DNA of 61,495 bases, filler included, from Sphacelaria rigidula (taxonomy: Eukaryota): NCBI GenBank assembly GCA_964200075.2. It is 7 parts of 7 records of this genome, joined end to end, with 100 filler letters (N's around TTAATTAATTAA, not from the genome) between each part and the next. Parts side by side here need not be neighbours in the genome. Positions count along the whole stretch, not along the records: positions 17,602 to 26,300 come from CAXNAA020010338.1; positions 26,401 to 35,099 come from CAXNAA020010339.1; 5 more parts are not named here. One strand, 5' to 3'. Below are positions 23,741-35,199 of this stretch, piece after piece. The position numbers were made by a program, and so were the translations under genes. Positions within the stretch are counted from its first letter, which is position 1, and each line of letters starts with the position of its first letter. The notes under the pieces were generated by a model that saw only the letters and a list, made by a program, of their open reading frames with translations, made no database searches and had not been told where the DNA came from.

Positions 23741-23825
23741 CACGATCATCGCCGCCACCGCCGCCGCCACCGCCGCCGCCACTCCATCCTCCTGACGCAC
23801 CACCGGGGGCTCCCTCTTCAGCCAT
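23741..23825 (-). CDS. RPS2: 40S ribosomal protein uS5/S2, coding exon 1 (start codon, poly-Gly)
   Basis: ATG at 23825; MAEEGAPGGASGGWSGGGGGGGGGGDDR then G/GTAAGC donor in phase 1, matching exon 2. Confidence 0.85.
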
Positions 23826-25078
23826 GATATACTTTTGACGGCTTAGGTACCTGTTGGGCGATGCTTGGGCAAGCCAGGTGTGAGCCAGGAGAAGCGTGAG
23901 ACCCCTCGTCCAGTCTAAGAGATGGCTTTACAAAACACGCAACTAGGGGTTTTGGAAAATGACTGTATTTTGGAAATGACGATATATTCGGCAAGATCTG
24001 TCACCGTGAACAGTATTTGCGAGGGCCGGCGCAAGGGGAGAACTGCTAGCTAAGCGCACACAGAGAGCTTGAACTGTTGATACTCTGGTGAGCGATGAAA
24101 ACCATTTTTGAATATGGATGATGCTGGCTTTGAACCCGGATTGATATCTACTGCGCAGTACCAAACAGTGCACGATACTAGAGCCGGTGTACTATGCTAG
24201 GGATGCCTGTGCTGGCTGGATTGTCCTCTGTAGTACAGACGGTGAGCACCACACCGACAGGGAGCAAGTGCGCTGAACGAAACACATCACTCGCCATTGC
24301 CCCGCTTTAGGCACTCCCTGACACTCGGCGCTCGCTCCGGTCGTTAGCGTAGGCTTTGCTACATCTTCGTGAAGTTTAGTCCAGTTTCACGTCCCACAGA
24401 CAGTGCAGTACATTCTTGGATGTTTTCTGTCCTGCACGTCTCGATGGGAATGCCGGTCAGCATGTTCCCTCACCCTACGAGTACTGCACCACTATTATAG
24501 CGTGTACTACAGGACCGTACTTTGGCACTCTGTCAGGGTAGAAGGGAGAAGAGAGTGTTTTTCGGCTTCTCGAAAACCTTTGGGCGGGTGAGATGACGAC
24601 CCACTTCCAAAATCTCTGTGCAGCAGCTGCAGGAAGGAATCGTTTCCAAAATTGACCCCTCTCTGCTTGGAGAGAGGAAGCCGACACGCAGCAATCCGTT
24701 TCTTACTTGCAAAGGACGCGCCTGATGGCAGAGACGACCAGTTTTTTCGCGTGCTCCGTTCTCTCATCTCCAGGCTGTTCCGTCGTGTGTTCGTTTTCTC
24801 CAGAATGCTGATTACGCGGCAAAGCAGCGGCTAGTTGTCGCGACAAACCACGGTATAACCTCAGCTTCGCTGTTTCGAGCGACACACATGACCTCCGTGA
24901 TCCTTGCACAGCACGTATTCGTAAACTCGAATGTGCGATAAGTCAACTCACCTGGCGGGGTCTGATCTTAGCACAGATTTAAATTGCCGCACACTACCGT
25001 CGAATTTTCCCGCAAATTACTGTCTGCAGCGCCGTCGAGAGATCGGACTAATGTGCGGAAGTTAATAACAAAGAGTAA

Positions 25079-25140
25079 TGACCTAGATTAGGTGTACCTT
25101 CTGGTTTTTGGCCTAAGAAAGGTACGGAAAATGGTCAGGA
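25079..25140 (+). repeat. ~60-bp direct repeat with 26242-26300
   Basis: tgacctagattaggtgtaccttctggtttttggcctaagaaaggtacggaaaatggtca versus tggcctagaaaaggtataccttctcgttttttgcctaggaaaggtacgaaaaatggcca. Confidence 0.7.
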
Positions 25141-25422
25141 ACGCGAAAACAGCCTAACACGCCATTAGGACCGTTTTCGCCCCGGATTTTTCACGCACAC
25201 CGTTTGGGGGGGGGCATTGGCACCCGTGCCTCGAAAAAAACGGGGGGGGAAACATGTTACAGGCTGGGCTGCCCAAGAAGCCACCAGGAATGTTGAAACG
25301 CATTTCCTGCGCTCAATTTTGGATCGTTTTCGATGACATTTTGACACGATGTACAGGACGTTTTATGTGCGAACACCTCACCTTCCATCCCCTGTTTTTC
25401 TTTTCTTTTCTTAGTGAGTTAT

Positions 25423-25703
25423 TGGCAACTTTGCATACGTCGGACAGATCATGATCTGTCTTAAACAACTAATGAAAGAAGACTCTCGAGTCCGTTGGTC
25501 CAAAAACACAAAGTATGTGACAGCGTAGTCAGTAAAGCCAAAGCGCAACCGTTGCACTACTCGGCATGCTCAGCGTCCGGCACCGTAAGGAGCAAACATG
25601 GAAAAGTTGGGCCAGATGATACGGATCATGATCCGGATCAGTATACTGAGAATAAGTAATTTTCAGACGGATCATGATCTGTCCGACGTGTGAAAAGTAG
25701 CCA
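25423..25703. mobile_element. MITE-like element with ~36-bp imperfect terminal inverted repeats
   Basis: tggcaactttgcatacgtcggacagatcatgatctgt versus reverse complement of 25667-25703 (tggctacttttcacacgtcggacagatcatgatccgt); no clear TSD. Confidence 0.75.
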
Positions 25704-26300
25704 TGTCGATATCGTTTTCATTAATAATCGACTAAGGGGTAGCCATCCGTTGCCTGTACTGTAATTTACTACCTGTTATTGAGCAGGAAATGTCATATTA
25801 TGTTGAGTTCAGTCACCCGCATAAGTACGAACAGCAGGAGGACACCTGCTAAAATACACAGGTAGGGGAGATATACACACGGTAGTGACAGATACCCGTG
25901 GGTATGAGAGGTCTGTGTGTTTACCAGCCATAGAAGTATCTAAGTCAGGAGGACATTTATTTTAGCCTTGCGAAGCACTCAAGAAGGGCGTGAGTACTAC
26001 TGTTTCAGCAGTCTGGATTTGGGAAATTATAAGATCCCATGAATATTATCAAGGGGGTAGTGAGGAGTACAAGTACGAAACCAATCCATGAGGGTAATCC
26101 AATTAGCTCAGCGCTAACAACTATGGAAGTATCAGAAAAATCAAGGGGCGTAGGCACAGCTTTGCTAGCCAGGAAAAGAGAAAAAGTAGACCGAGATTCG
26201 CGTTGAAAACAGCAGAAGAGCAGTAGAAATAAGTTGGGCAATGGCCTAGAAAAGGTATACCTTCTCGTTTTTTGCCTAGGAAAGGTACGAAAAATGGCCA

Positions 26301-26400
26301 NNNNNNNNNNNNNNNNNNNNNNNNNNNNNNNNNNNNNNNNNNNNTTAATTAATTAANNNNNNNNNNNNNNNNNNNNNNNNNNNNNNNNNNNNNNNNNNNN
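26301..26400. other. Assembly spacer
   Basis: N-run with TTAATTAATTAA core. Confidence 0.99.
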
Positions 26401-27049
26401 GGGATGGGTGGTCAATGGTCACGCGACTAAGGCATGCAACAAATCAGTCCCCCCCCCCCCCCCCGCACATTTATCTCTGTGACATACAGCAGATGCGAAC
26501 ACCTGATGTCTTCCAAGACAAAGTGTAGCGGAAAATAAGGGAATAAAATCATAACTGGCACAACTGTCGAGCAAGGGTGTGGGGGGCGTGCGAAACTCAC
26601 GGAAAGTGTCTGGCAGGATGTGGAGACTTCACAGCAAACCGTACCCGCGTCCGGGTATGTTATCAGCAGCTTACCCCGTCCCCTCGTAATGGCACGGGAG
26701 GCTGACAAAACTCTTGCAAATGTGGGATGAGGGTATGCAAGTGTTGCGGAATTTTCAGAAATGTCGGATACCAGCATGAATTTGACGGGTACGGCAAATG
26801 ATTGCTTGGTTGAAGTCATTGATGCACTTGAACCGACCCCCCCCCGATTCGGCGGTGGTCGCATGATGGACGCGCCGAAGACACCACAGAAGTCAACACC
26901 GACCCTGAGAACCGTTACAAACAGTAGTAGAGTAGAACAGATATACAATAGACAGAGGACCCGCAAATTATAGTGACTTGAGAACGAAAGATTGGAAGGT
27001 AGTAAAAACCCGGGTAAATGCCTCGGGCATACAGTAAACCGCACCCCAC

Positions 27050-27850
27050 AGAACACGACCTCGGAAAACTGCACGGCGACGAGAGGAGGGGCGCGCGCAA
27101 GTCATGGACTATCGCCACAGATGAGAGTATTTACAAACGTTCCCGACAGTAGTGAAATTGGAGCCTGACATAGAGGAACTTCATGCTGAAAATTCACCGG
27201 AATCCAACATGCCACACCACTGTCATGCGCTCTTGTTTCTGGGACTGGCGCAGGTATTCACGTGGGGCAGGTCTGACGTTTTACTGGTTGTCCATGGGAC
27301 GAAGGGCGCCGCAGGATGGCAGGACGTGACGGTTAACGGCACGAAGTGCGGCTGTAGGGACGGGGCCGATGAAGTTCTGCTGTAGTAACGCCGGTCACCC
27401 AGTGGTTCTGCCGCGCAGATCCCGACGTCGGGACCTGGCGGCGAGTCTGCTTGACCGCCGTGCTGAATGTCTCACGGTCCACCCGTCAGGTGTGACACCC
27501 AGCTAATTGTTGGGTGGTATGGTGGTGACACTGGCGACGACAGACAAGGACTATGTGTGTGGAGGCGCCCAGAGTTGCGGGCTGTGCGGTGCGACGGCAA
27601 TTGTGCGGGTGCGCGGGCGGGTAGAGGCTCGGGTTTTCATGTAGCGCAATGGCGCCGCCGTGCAGGGGCGTAGACAGTATTGGTGGCGTGATGCTGTGCG
27701 GTAACACTGATTCGAGGTTGTTATCAGTCGTCGAGCGGTGCGATGCATTGAGGGTTAGGGCGAAACGTTTTCATCGGACGCAGTGGTTGGGAGATGCGCG
27801 CGACGGACGGCGGTGCACCCAAAACCTCTGTCGCGTTTCGCGATACGTAT
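27050..27850 (+). pseudogene. Decayed RCC1-like repeat gene fragment
   Basis: After a cag/ acceptor: VFTWGRSD...HG; then VTLATTDKDYVCGGAQSCGLCG and LCGNTDSRLLSVV...QWLGD, resembling RCC1 blades; stops and frameshifts present. Confidence 0.45.
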
Positions 27851-28302
27851 GGTCGTGCGTTGCGCACGGCTCTGTACCGCCAAGAGATCGTGCGCGCACC
27901 GACGATCCCCTCTACTCTTGTCTCATTTTATTGTCGTTGTATTGTCACCAATTTTATTTGATTTTTTTCTTTGTTTTTGTATGGCATCTGTGTGATTTGT
28001 TTTTTGTACGAGTAGTTGTTTAAAAATTGTTTCGCCCCATGTTAGGGTATTTTTGTCTTTCACCACGGGAAGCGTCCGCGGAATATGTCCGGTGCAGAGC
28101 GATGCCCTGATGTCGGAACGGTTTAAAATGTGCAGACAGCAAAAACAACTACAACGACAAATTGGGCACATGAACCGTGCTTCCCCAACATCCCACATTC
28201 CCGCGAGTATACAAACACCCATCGACATGCTGATCGCCACAAATTTTGTGTCCCGAGCATTGGAGGGTCATGATAATGCGAGAGGCCAAGGTTCCCCCTG
28301 GG

Positions 28303-28470
28303 AGCAATATCACGGTAGGGGTGCACTTCTCACGCAAAATCTCGTCTGGTTCAGGGGCTTTTTGCGAATGTAGACGCAGAAGGATATGGGTCAGGGCATC
28401 CCCGTTTGCAAATTCATGGGGAATATTCATTGCACAGAGGGAAATAATCCTGGCGTACTCTCACATATTT
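28303..28470 (+). repeat. Dispersed repeat; opposite-orientation copy at 41383-41551
   Basis: gagcaat..cacggtaggggtgcactt...gtctggttcaggggct...taatcctggcgtactct is shared by both copies. Confidence 0.8.
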
Positions 28471-30258
28471 CATTATTCATGTTTCGGATAAGAGAAAGGA
28501 CTCCTGACAGATGTAGCCCGAGTAAAAAAATGTGAACCTCTGTTGTAGTATCACTCCGGGCCTCCGCAGCCGGTGCCTCGCGTACGTGTATGTATGCTAC
28601 GATGCGAAGCGATGCCGAACTGGCCACGAAAATACCGCCTGTACCTCGACTGTACTTTCCCCAGTGACATGGCGCCGAGGATATTACAGGTCTCCGCATC
28701 CCAGCGCGGCCGGAATAAACGGTGAAGAGACTCGTGCGCCGTCTTTGCTTCAAATTTCCTCTAGCAGACAGTCGCACTGCACAGTACTGTCACCGCACAT
28801 GATGCCGCCACGGGCTTCATTAAGTTACGCAAAGTCCAAGCGCTAGATGTCGGTCACAACTACCTTCATCGCGGAAAAAACGGTCTACGGTGTTGCAGGG
28901 ACTGCACCAGGAGTACGGGTGGACATTACTGCTGCCAGCGATTTTCTTACTGCCCACGCCTCCTGTTTATCCCAGCGGCATTCCGCAGTGTCCCCCCTCT
29001 CCTGGCATTTGATCCCAATAAGTGTACTGCATAGAGTATGGAAAATGTGGTCGCGATACAAACTACGTGCGATACTGTATGCAGTACACCTGTCGCGGCA
29101 GGTTGTTGTCCACATCGCGGAAATGGCATACTGAAAGCAAATGAAAATGGCGTGCAGTCCGCAAAACGCTGATGGCGTGCCTGTCAGGGAAAGGTCCATT
29201 TTCGTGGGACGATGACGTCGCAGAATATTCGGTTGATTGTGGTAAAAGAAAACTACAACTACCTCCTCTATCATTTTCACGCCGCCGTAATAAGGAGAAC
29301 GGTAAGTCTGGCACTGTAGGACGAGAGACGTTGCCCGCTGCCGGTGCAGATTCGCAGTACTCTTCGGCTGAACACGCTCTCCTCTTTGGCTACTCTGCGC
29401 GGCCCCGTCTTGTTCGACACGGCGCCTAAAACCCCAACAGCATCAACCTCCAACATATAGAGGACCTTCACTGATGAGCATTTGTCGTCTTGATGCCAGC
29501 CTCGACGACAGGGGGCCGATGTAGACAACAAGGCTGGCAAGATATGCCCCTGGCTCCGCACGGGTTTGATATCATTACCCTCTAGAACTGTCATTAGAAA
29601 GTGTCCTACTTTTCGGAACAGGTTCCGCATCGTGCAAAATCATTGTTGCAGGTCACGCTGCGCTTAAAACGCATTGGATCGCCGCAACTGCCGCGCTGAT
29701 ACATAGCTTTGGCCTCAACCCACACACACATAAACTTCCAGCTTCATCAGACGCCAGGTGTACTGTATTAGGGCGCCAATTCTCCAAAAACACCGCCTCC
29801 ATATTATTGAAAAGGCATAACACTGATCGTATTGATTTTTCCCCTCAGGTGTCGACCCTTTGACCCACTGGATAGTTCATATAGGTCATGCATTTATTTT
29901 ACGAGTAAAAGTGCTGCCGATTCATGACCTCGCCTACCGGTTGAACGGCTAAACCGTCAGTGTGGATGATTTGCGTCACGCACTATTTTTTCAAGTGAAA
30001 GTGATACTCTTGTATTGATTCAACAGATGACGTACCCTAGCGGTCAAAGCGTAACCCTTTTGATGGTGAGGATAGGAATCGGTGTAGGACAAGATAAAAT
30101 AGTGTTTGTCCGGGGTACAGAGATTGTAGTAGTATGTATGGTGTTGAACCTTTGGACCGCGGTGTGGGTAGTCCATCTGGAATACGTATACCTCTTTCAA
30201 GTGAATATTGGTGCCGATTCAGCAGGTGATCTACCCTCGCGGTCTAAATAAGGATAAA

Positions 30259-30356
30259 CCCTTAGACGACGAGAGTAGGTCATCTGTTGAATCGGCATCA
30301 AGTTCACTTGAAAAATGTATGCGTGGTTCAGACGGACTACCCTCGCGGTCTAAGGG
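30259..30356. mobile_element. ~100-bp piggyBac-like MITE, within a cluster of degenerate copies (~29850-30875); another copy at ~52885-52988
   Basis: TAAA/CCCTTAGACG...CGCGGTCTAAGGG/TTAA termini; shared core ttcaagtgaaattgatgccgattcaacagatgacctac. Confidence 0.65.
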
Positions 30357-33300
30357 TTAACGCTTTCGGGACCGGGACTCCCTCAAACATGGCGTTTCAC
30401 GGAGAGGCCTCGCCGAGAATCGGGGTCATTTCCAGTTGTTTTCAAGTAAAAATGATGCCGGTTCACAAAAGGACTCCTGCGTGCAAACACCACGTGTCTG
30501 GGAGTCCGGTCTCAAGTGATACAGTACAGGAGACTTTATTTATGGAGGTCGCGAGTTCGAATCCCGACATTCAAGTTCAGATCCGTATGCAGACTGGTCC
30601 GGCATATACAATCCTTGCGCTCTTATTTAGGCTACGAGGGAAGTCCATTTCACGCCCTGGACAAAATATGAAAGATTCAATTGTCATCAAGTGTACTGTG
30701 CACAGTATGGAATCTGTTGTCTGTTACAATATACGCAGTAATCGATACTGTACCCAGTACATTTTTTGACAACGGAATCTTAGGTCCAGGGTGTGGTCCA
30801 TCTGAATCATGACCTCTTTTTTCGAGTGAAATTGATGCCGACGCAACAGATGACCTACTCTCGTCTAAGGATTGAGGGCAGCTCTCGACAACAAACAGAA
30901 TACGCCCGCCACACGTTTTTGATGGCGATCTTGCACGCACCCGGCTTGCGGAAAGTCGTGTCATTGGTAGAGATTCCGTGCGCGAGCATCACTCTCAGCG
31001 ACAAAGTGTCGGGAAAACGACGCTGACCGTGGTCTCCAACCCGTTGCTTAATATTTCATGCGCAGGGTATATAATCAAGTACTGTACGTAATTGTGAGTT
31101 GCTTGCGGACTGTTGTACGACCGGGTAATATACCCGGTATAACCACAAGTGCATAATACATACGGTGCAACAGACAGTAGTACAGGGCAGTAGAATACAG
31201 TACAGACGGTAGTGGAACACCATCACAAATTGCTCCAAATGACTAAAACGCACCGGACATGCAGAGAGCCCTACCGCGTGCACCTCAAGTCGATTTCTCA
31301 CTTAGGCACACGCCGCACACAGGCATACATGAAGCATACAAGCTAGCTACTAGAGTTCTCACCGCATGTGGTGAGGCCCCTGGTGCCTTTTGTCGATGAC
31401 AGTGCGGACCAGCAGAGGACGTGCTTCCCTGTCGGGAAGAAACCTTGACAACGCCGAAGGCGGGCATTCTCCCGTCTCTACGCGCCCGCAGGAACAAGAC
31501 AAAGAATGAAATCGAAGACAGGAATGCAACGTAATTTTCACCTACCACTGGTGATCGCCTTGGAAAAACAGGTCTTTACGGTGGTGTACGTCGCTAGTAA
31601 TGCTCCTGCTATCTTCAGCTTGGTGTTGTGCACTGGAGAGTCCGTTCAGACTTTTTTTTCTTTCGTTCCACCTTGCCCCTAAAACGTACTGTTGTACCAT
31701 TGTATACAGAACAAAAAAATATCAATAAAAGTAACGTTGCTCAATGTTTCCCCGCTCGAGGTTTATGGTCACATTGGGTTCGTTTCTACTAACCATTCCC
31801 GTTTGTTTCTCGATATATCTACACAATAACAAGTCATCATACATGATGGGTGTACTAATATATATAGAGAAACAAACGTTACGGCTAGGGTAAATATGCA
31901 TCATAGCCCCCATACTAGCCGTCGAGATACACGTAAACACGAGGTGCTGGACTAGTGTTTATGGTAATCACCACTCTCAATCTATACGCAGATAGGGCGA
32001 CCTCAAATCGGGAAAAAATATTTTTCGCAGAAGAAACATACATGTTCTCGAAAAATCAAAATGTCAGTGTCTTGAGGTACGTTTTTATTTCATACCCTCG
32101 CAATTCTCCACACCAGATTTCAAAGCACAGCAACTATGGTCGAAAATGGAGCGGCTGAATTTCGATCAAGCATGCTGGAATTAAGGGCAAAATACAATGT
32201 TCTTTTCTCGCAAAAAATGCTCTCACCCGACCCCTGCCTCATCAAGAAAAATCTCTTGTCTCAACTTCAAGTAGACGAAGACGCGTTTTCATCTCAATTT
32301 CAAATGGCAACATCACTCAGAACTGAGACGCAGACTCCACATTTATTAGTACATTCATTGCCTCTGCTTGTGTTGCAATTTACAATACACCAAGTTCAAC
32401 ACTGGATCTTATGCGCGCCAAATATCTGTCGACATATTATTACGAATTATGAGAAGGTGCGGGTATCGATCGTTTCTCCGTGCCCCAGAGAATGATCACA
32501 ACAAAACCAGCGTCACCCGTTGTAAACATCTTCCTCCTAGGTTTCGTATAGATTTTTAGTGTCGAGATTTATTAGTACGTCACGGACTTCACTTGACAGG
32601 ACGTCTCATCGAAGAGAGAGCATTTTTTTACCGGGCTGTTGTTGTTGAATATAGACGGACATCCGCCCCTTCATGTTGATTAGACGATTCGCCAGGGGCA
32701 GATCACGGCCCAATTTGTCTGCGTCGATGAGATATGGTTGTGTTTTTAGCGGCCCAGCCGGTGGAAGAGCTTTGTTGGGGACCGTACTACATGTTGCATT
32801 GATATATATGTAACTGTAACCCAGACGGTACATATGCCAACCGCCACTGCTATGTAGGTGCGGATGAAAGCGATGGAATGGCCTCTCGTTCTCCCGCGCA
32901 CTTCAGAATAAATGCGACATCGTGGACGCAGGTTGCCCAAGATGTGTCCGAACGGTGCCGAGTTGTAGCGGAGAGGGCTAACATATACATGACAGCCTCG
33001 ACGAAAGTGCGCCAAGCTAAGGAACTTCTTGCTGTGCCACCACTAGTCTAAGTACCGAGGACTTTCAAAAAGTAACTAGTAGCCCATCATCGGGTAGTAC
33101 ACTCACTAGTACATCTATCTGCCGTCTCTCCGAACAGCTGTGGTGGTGGTCTATGAGGGGTGCCTGGGATTGTTTTTTGAGTTGCCCCCCGCCCGGTGGC
33201 CTTGCGTATCCCTTTGAGTCACCTGTCTTTTCTTAATTTCTTTTCTTTTCTTTTCTTTCCTTTTCTGTCGGGGTGCTTTTCTCAGCAGATCTCTGAAGTT

Positions 33301-33477
33301 TTTTTTTTTACTCCGTTGAACTCGGGGAAGCTACTTCTCATGTTTTTCTTGGCGTCGATCCTCTTTTGTTTTTCTTCATTTTGGTTATATTTTTGTTGAT
33401 TGCATTTGTTTTTGCATTTATTTAGGCTGGAGTCTAAAATTAATGATGGAGGACTCTTTTTTGTCTTGCAATGAATA

Positions 33478-33569
33478 GCAGGGACCGTATTGTTCAGACA
33501 AGCCTACGTCTGTGACCACGGGTTCGAGAGATCGAACCAATGTGCTAAAATAATAATTATAATAATAAT
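33478..33569 (+). repeat. 3' end of a non-LTR retroelement with (TAA)n tail; copies at 46043-46133 and partially at ~25038-25060
   Basis: gcagggac.gtattg...agcctacgtctgtgaccacgggttcg.gagatcg.ac.aatgtgc followed by (TAA)n in both full copies. Confidence 0.75.
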
Positions 33570-33720
33570 TATGGGGCGAACCTCGATTCTGTGGAAACCC
33601 CAATATGCATGTATATGCAATTTCGGGGGCACCCATAATAATAATGCGGAAAGTCAGATCCATCCGTGAGAACCCTTTAATTTACTGTAGCAGACGCGCG
33701 AAAGATAAGTTCTGCCCGCA

Positions 33721-33742
33721 TTGTTGATGTTGTTGTCGTTGT

Positions 33743-33817
<75 letters not shown>
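33721..33817. repeat. (GTT)n microsatellite
   Basis: About 32 near-perfect units seen directly. Confidence 0.97.
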
Positions 33818-34296
33818 CTTCACATTAAAAACCGTTCCGTGTTCACAGGCTAGCTACCTATAATAAGGTATGAGGAAATCAAACGACCAAAAAAACACAA
33901 ATGGGCCTACGTAGACTTATTATCACAAAACTTGGCAAATAAATGGTATGGCATTCTAGCATGCTAGAATGTCACGCATGCTAGAACGTGATACAGTACC
34001 TTTTAACCTGAACCTTTCCAGTGATTTTGGCAAACGATGAGAGAGGAGATGGTTCTCAAACCGTGACATCCCGATTTTCACTCTTCTCCCGATCTGGCCC
34101 ATGTTGGCAGTATTAATATTAATGTTTATCCCCGTCGGGCTAAAATATGTTCATGGTTGATCATACTCGATTGATCTTGATTTACGTGTTGTTACGGGGA
34201 TCGGATCTAAAGTAGAACCGACAGTCCCGTGTGCTCCTCGGGTGCGTAGGACGCGCTTTCTCTGAAATCTGGCGCCGATTTGGGGTCTACCGAGAT

Positions 34297-34648
34297 CAGT
34301 GTTTTCGTGAGATTGAGAGAAGATGATACGATTGAGAGTGAAAAGCGGTCAATCAGTGAATGAATCGTTTCAGTTCCGAAATGCACTTCCACGTCAGCGC
34401 TGACTGGTCAGTAGTCTTCTAGTTGGTAGTCTCTTAAACCGTCAAAAGGCTCAACATGCTTTCTGCAATAGCTGGGCACTGAGGCCCTTGATATCCCTGG
34501 GTAGGATATCGACGTGTAGCTATAATAAGCACACGCAAGTGATGGAGGTGAAGAAAAGTACACGTGGAAAAAAAAATGACTCACTTAAAGCGAATGATCA
34601 AAGCCACTCTCAATCGTGTCATCTACTCTCAATCTCACGAAAACACTG
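34297..34648. repeat. 44-bp inverted repeat pair (2 mismatches) enclosing a half-copy of the palindromic family
   Basis: 34297-34340 versus reverse complement of 34605-34648. Confidence 0.85.
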
Positions 34649-34796
34649 TTCGAGGCTGTACTTCGCCTAGGGAACGGCATGTACCTCCCTTACCCGAGTG
34701 TTCTCGGAATGCAATGGGCTGAGGGCTAGGGCGTGTCTCAGGCCGTGTGCACACGATTTTTCGATCGAAAAGGTGCTGTGTTGTATGTGTGCTGTC

Positions 34797-34955
34797 GTTC
34801 CATCTATTATTCTGGACGCCGGTCTACACCTTTCGGTACACACGCACCACCAGCCGGGGTCACACAGGAGGGACGTCAGTCAACACAGAAGTTTTTTCTG
34901 TTTTGTTTGTTTTTTACTATATTCCACCTTCCTTCTGCGGTGCTTGCCTTTGCTC
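34797..34955 (-). mobile_element. Truncated copy (3' half) of the SINE at 21946-22300
   Basis: Shared tattctgg..cc.gtctaca, cagccggggtcacacaggag and ccaccttcctt.tgcggtgc.tgcctt. Confidence 0.75.
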
Positions 34956-35099
34956 TTGTGTGAAAAACAATAAATCCGATCTGTCTGATAAATCATGAGC
35001 TCAGGCCGCTTCTTACATTGTAACAATAGACAAAAATAAAAACCCGGAAAATTGTATTTTTGGAGCTTTTACGTCGTTTTACGCCCCAAAAGAGAGCTA

Positions 35100-35199
35100 N
35101 NNNNNNNNNNNNNNNNNNNNNNNNNNNNNNNNNNNNNNNNNNNTTAATTAATTAANNNNNNNNNNNNNNNNNNNNNNNNNNNNNNNNNNNNNNNNNNNN
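35100..35199. other. Assembly spacer
   Basis: N-run with TTAATTAATTAA core. Confidence 0.99.

Noticed and set aside
14743..23825. Functional linkage of the orphan gene with RPS2, or of any genes across spacers
   Set aside because: They lie on different contigs that are adjacent only because of size-sorting.
28550..29630. Stop-poor minus-strand frames suggesting a pseudogene
   Set aside because: No identifiable family and insufficient evidence.
30500..30570. B-box GAGTTCGAATCCC as a tRNA
   Set aside because: Degenerate A box and no cloverleaf; at most an old SINE head.
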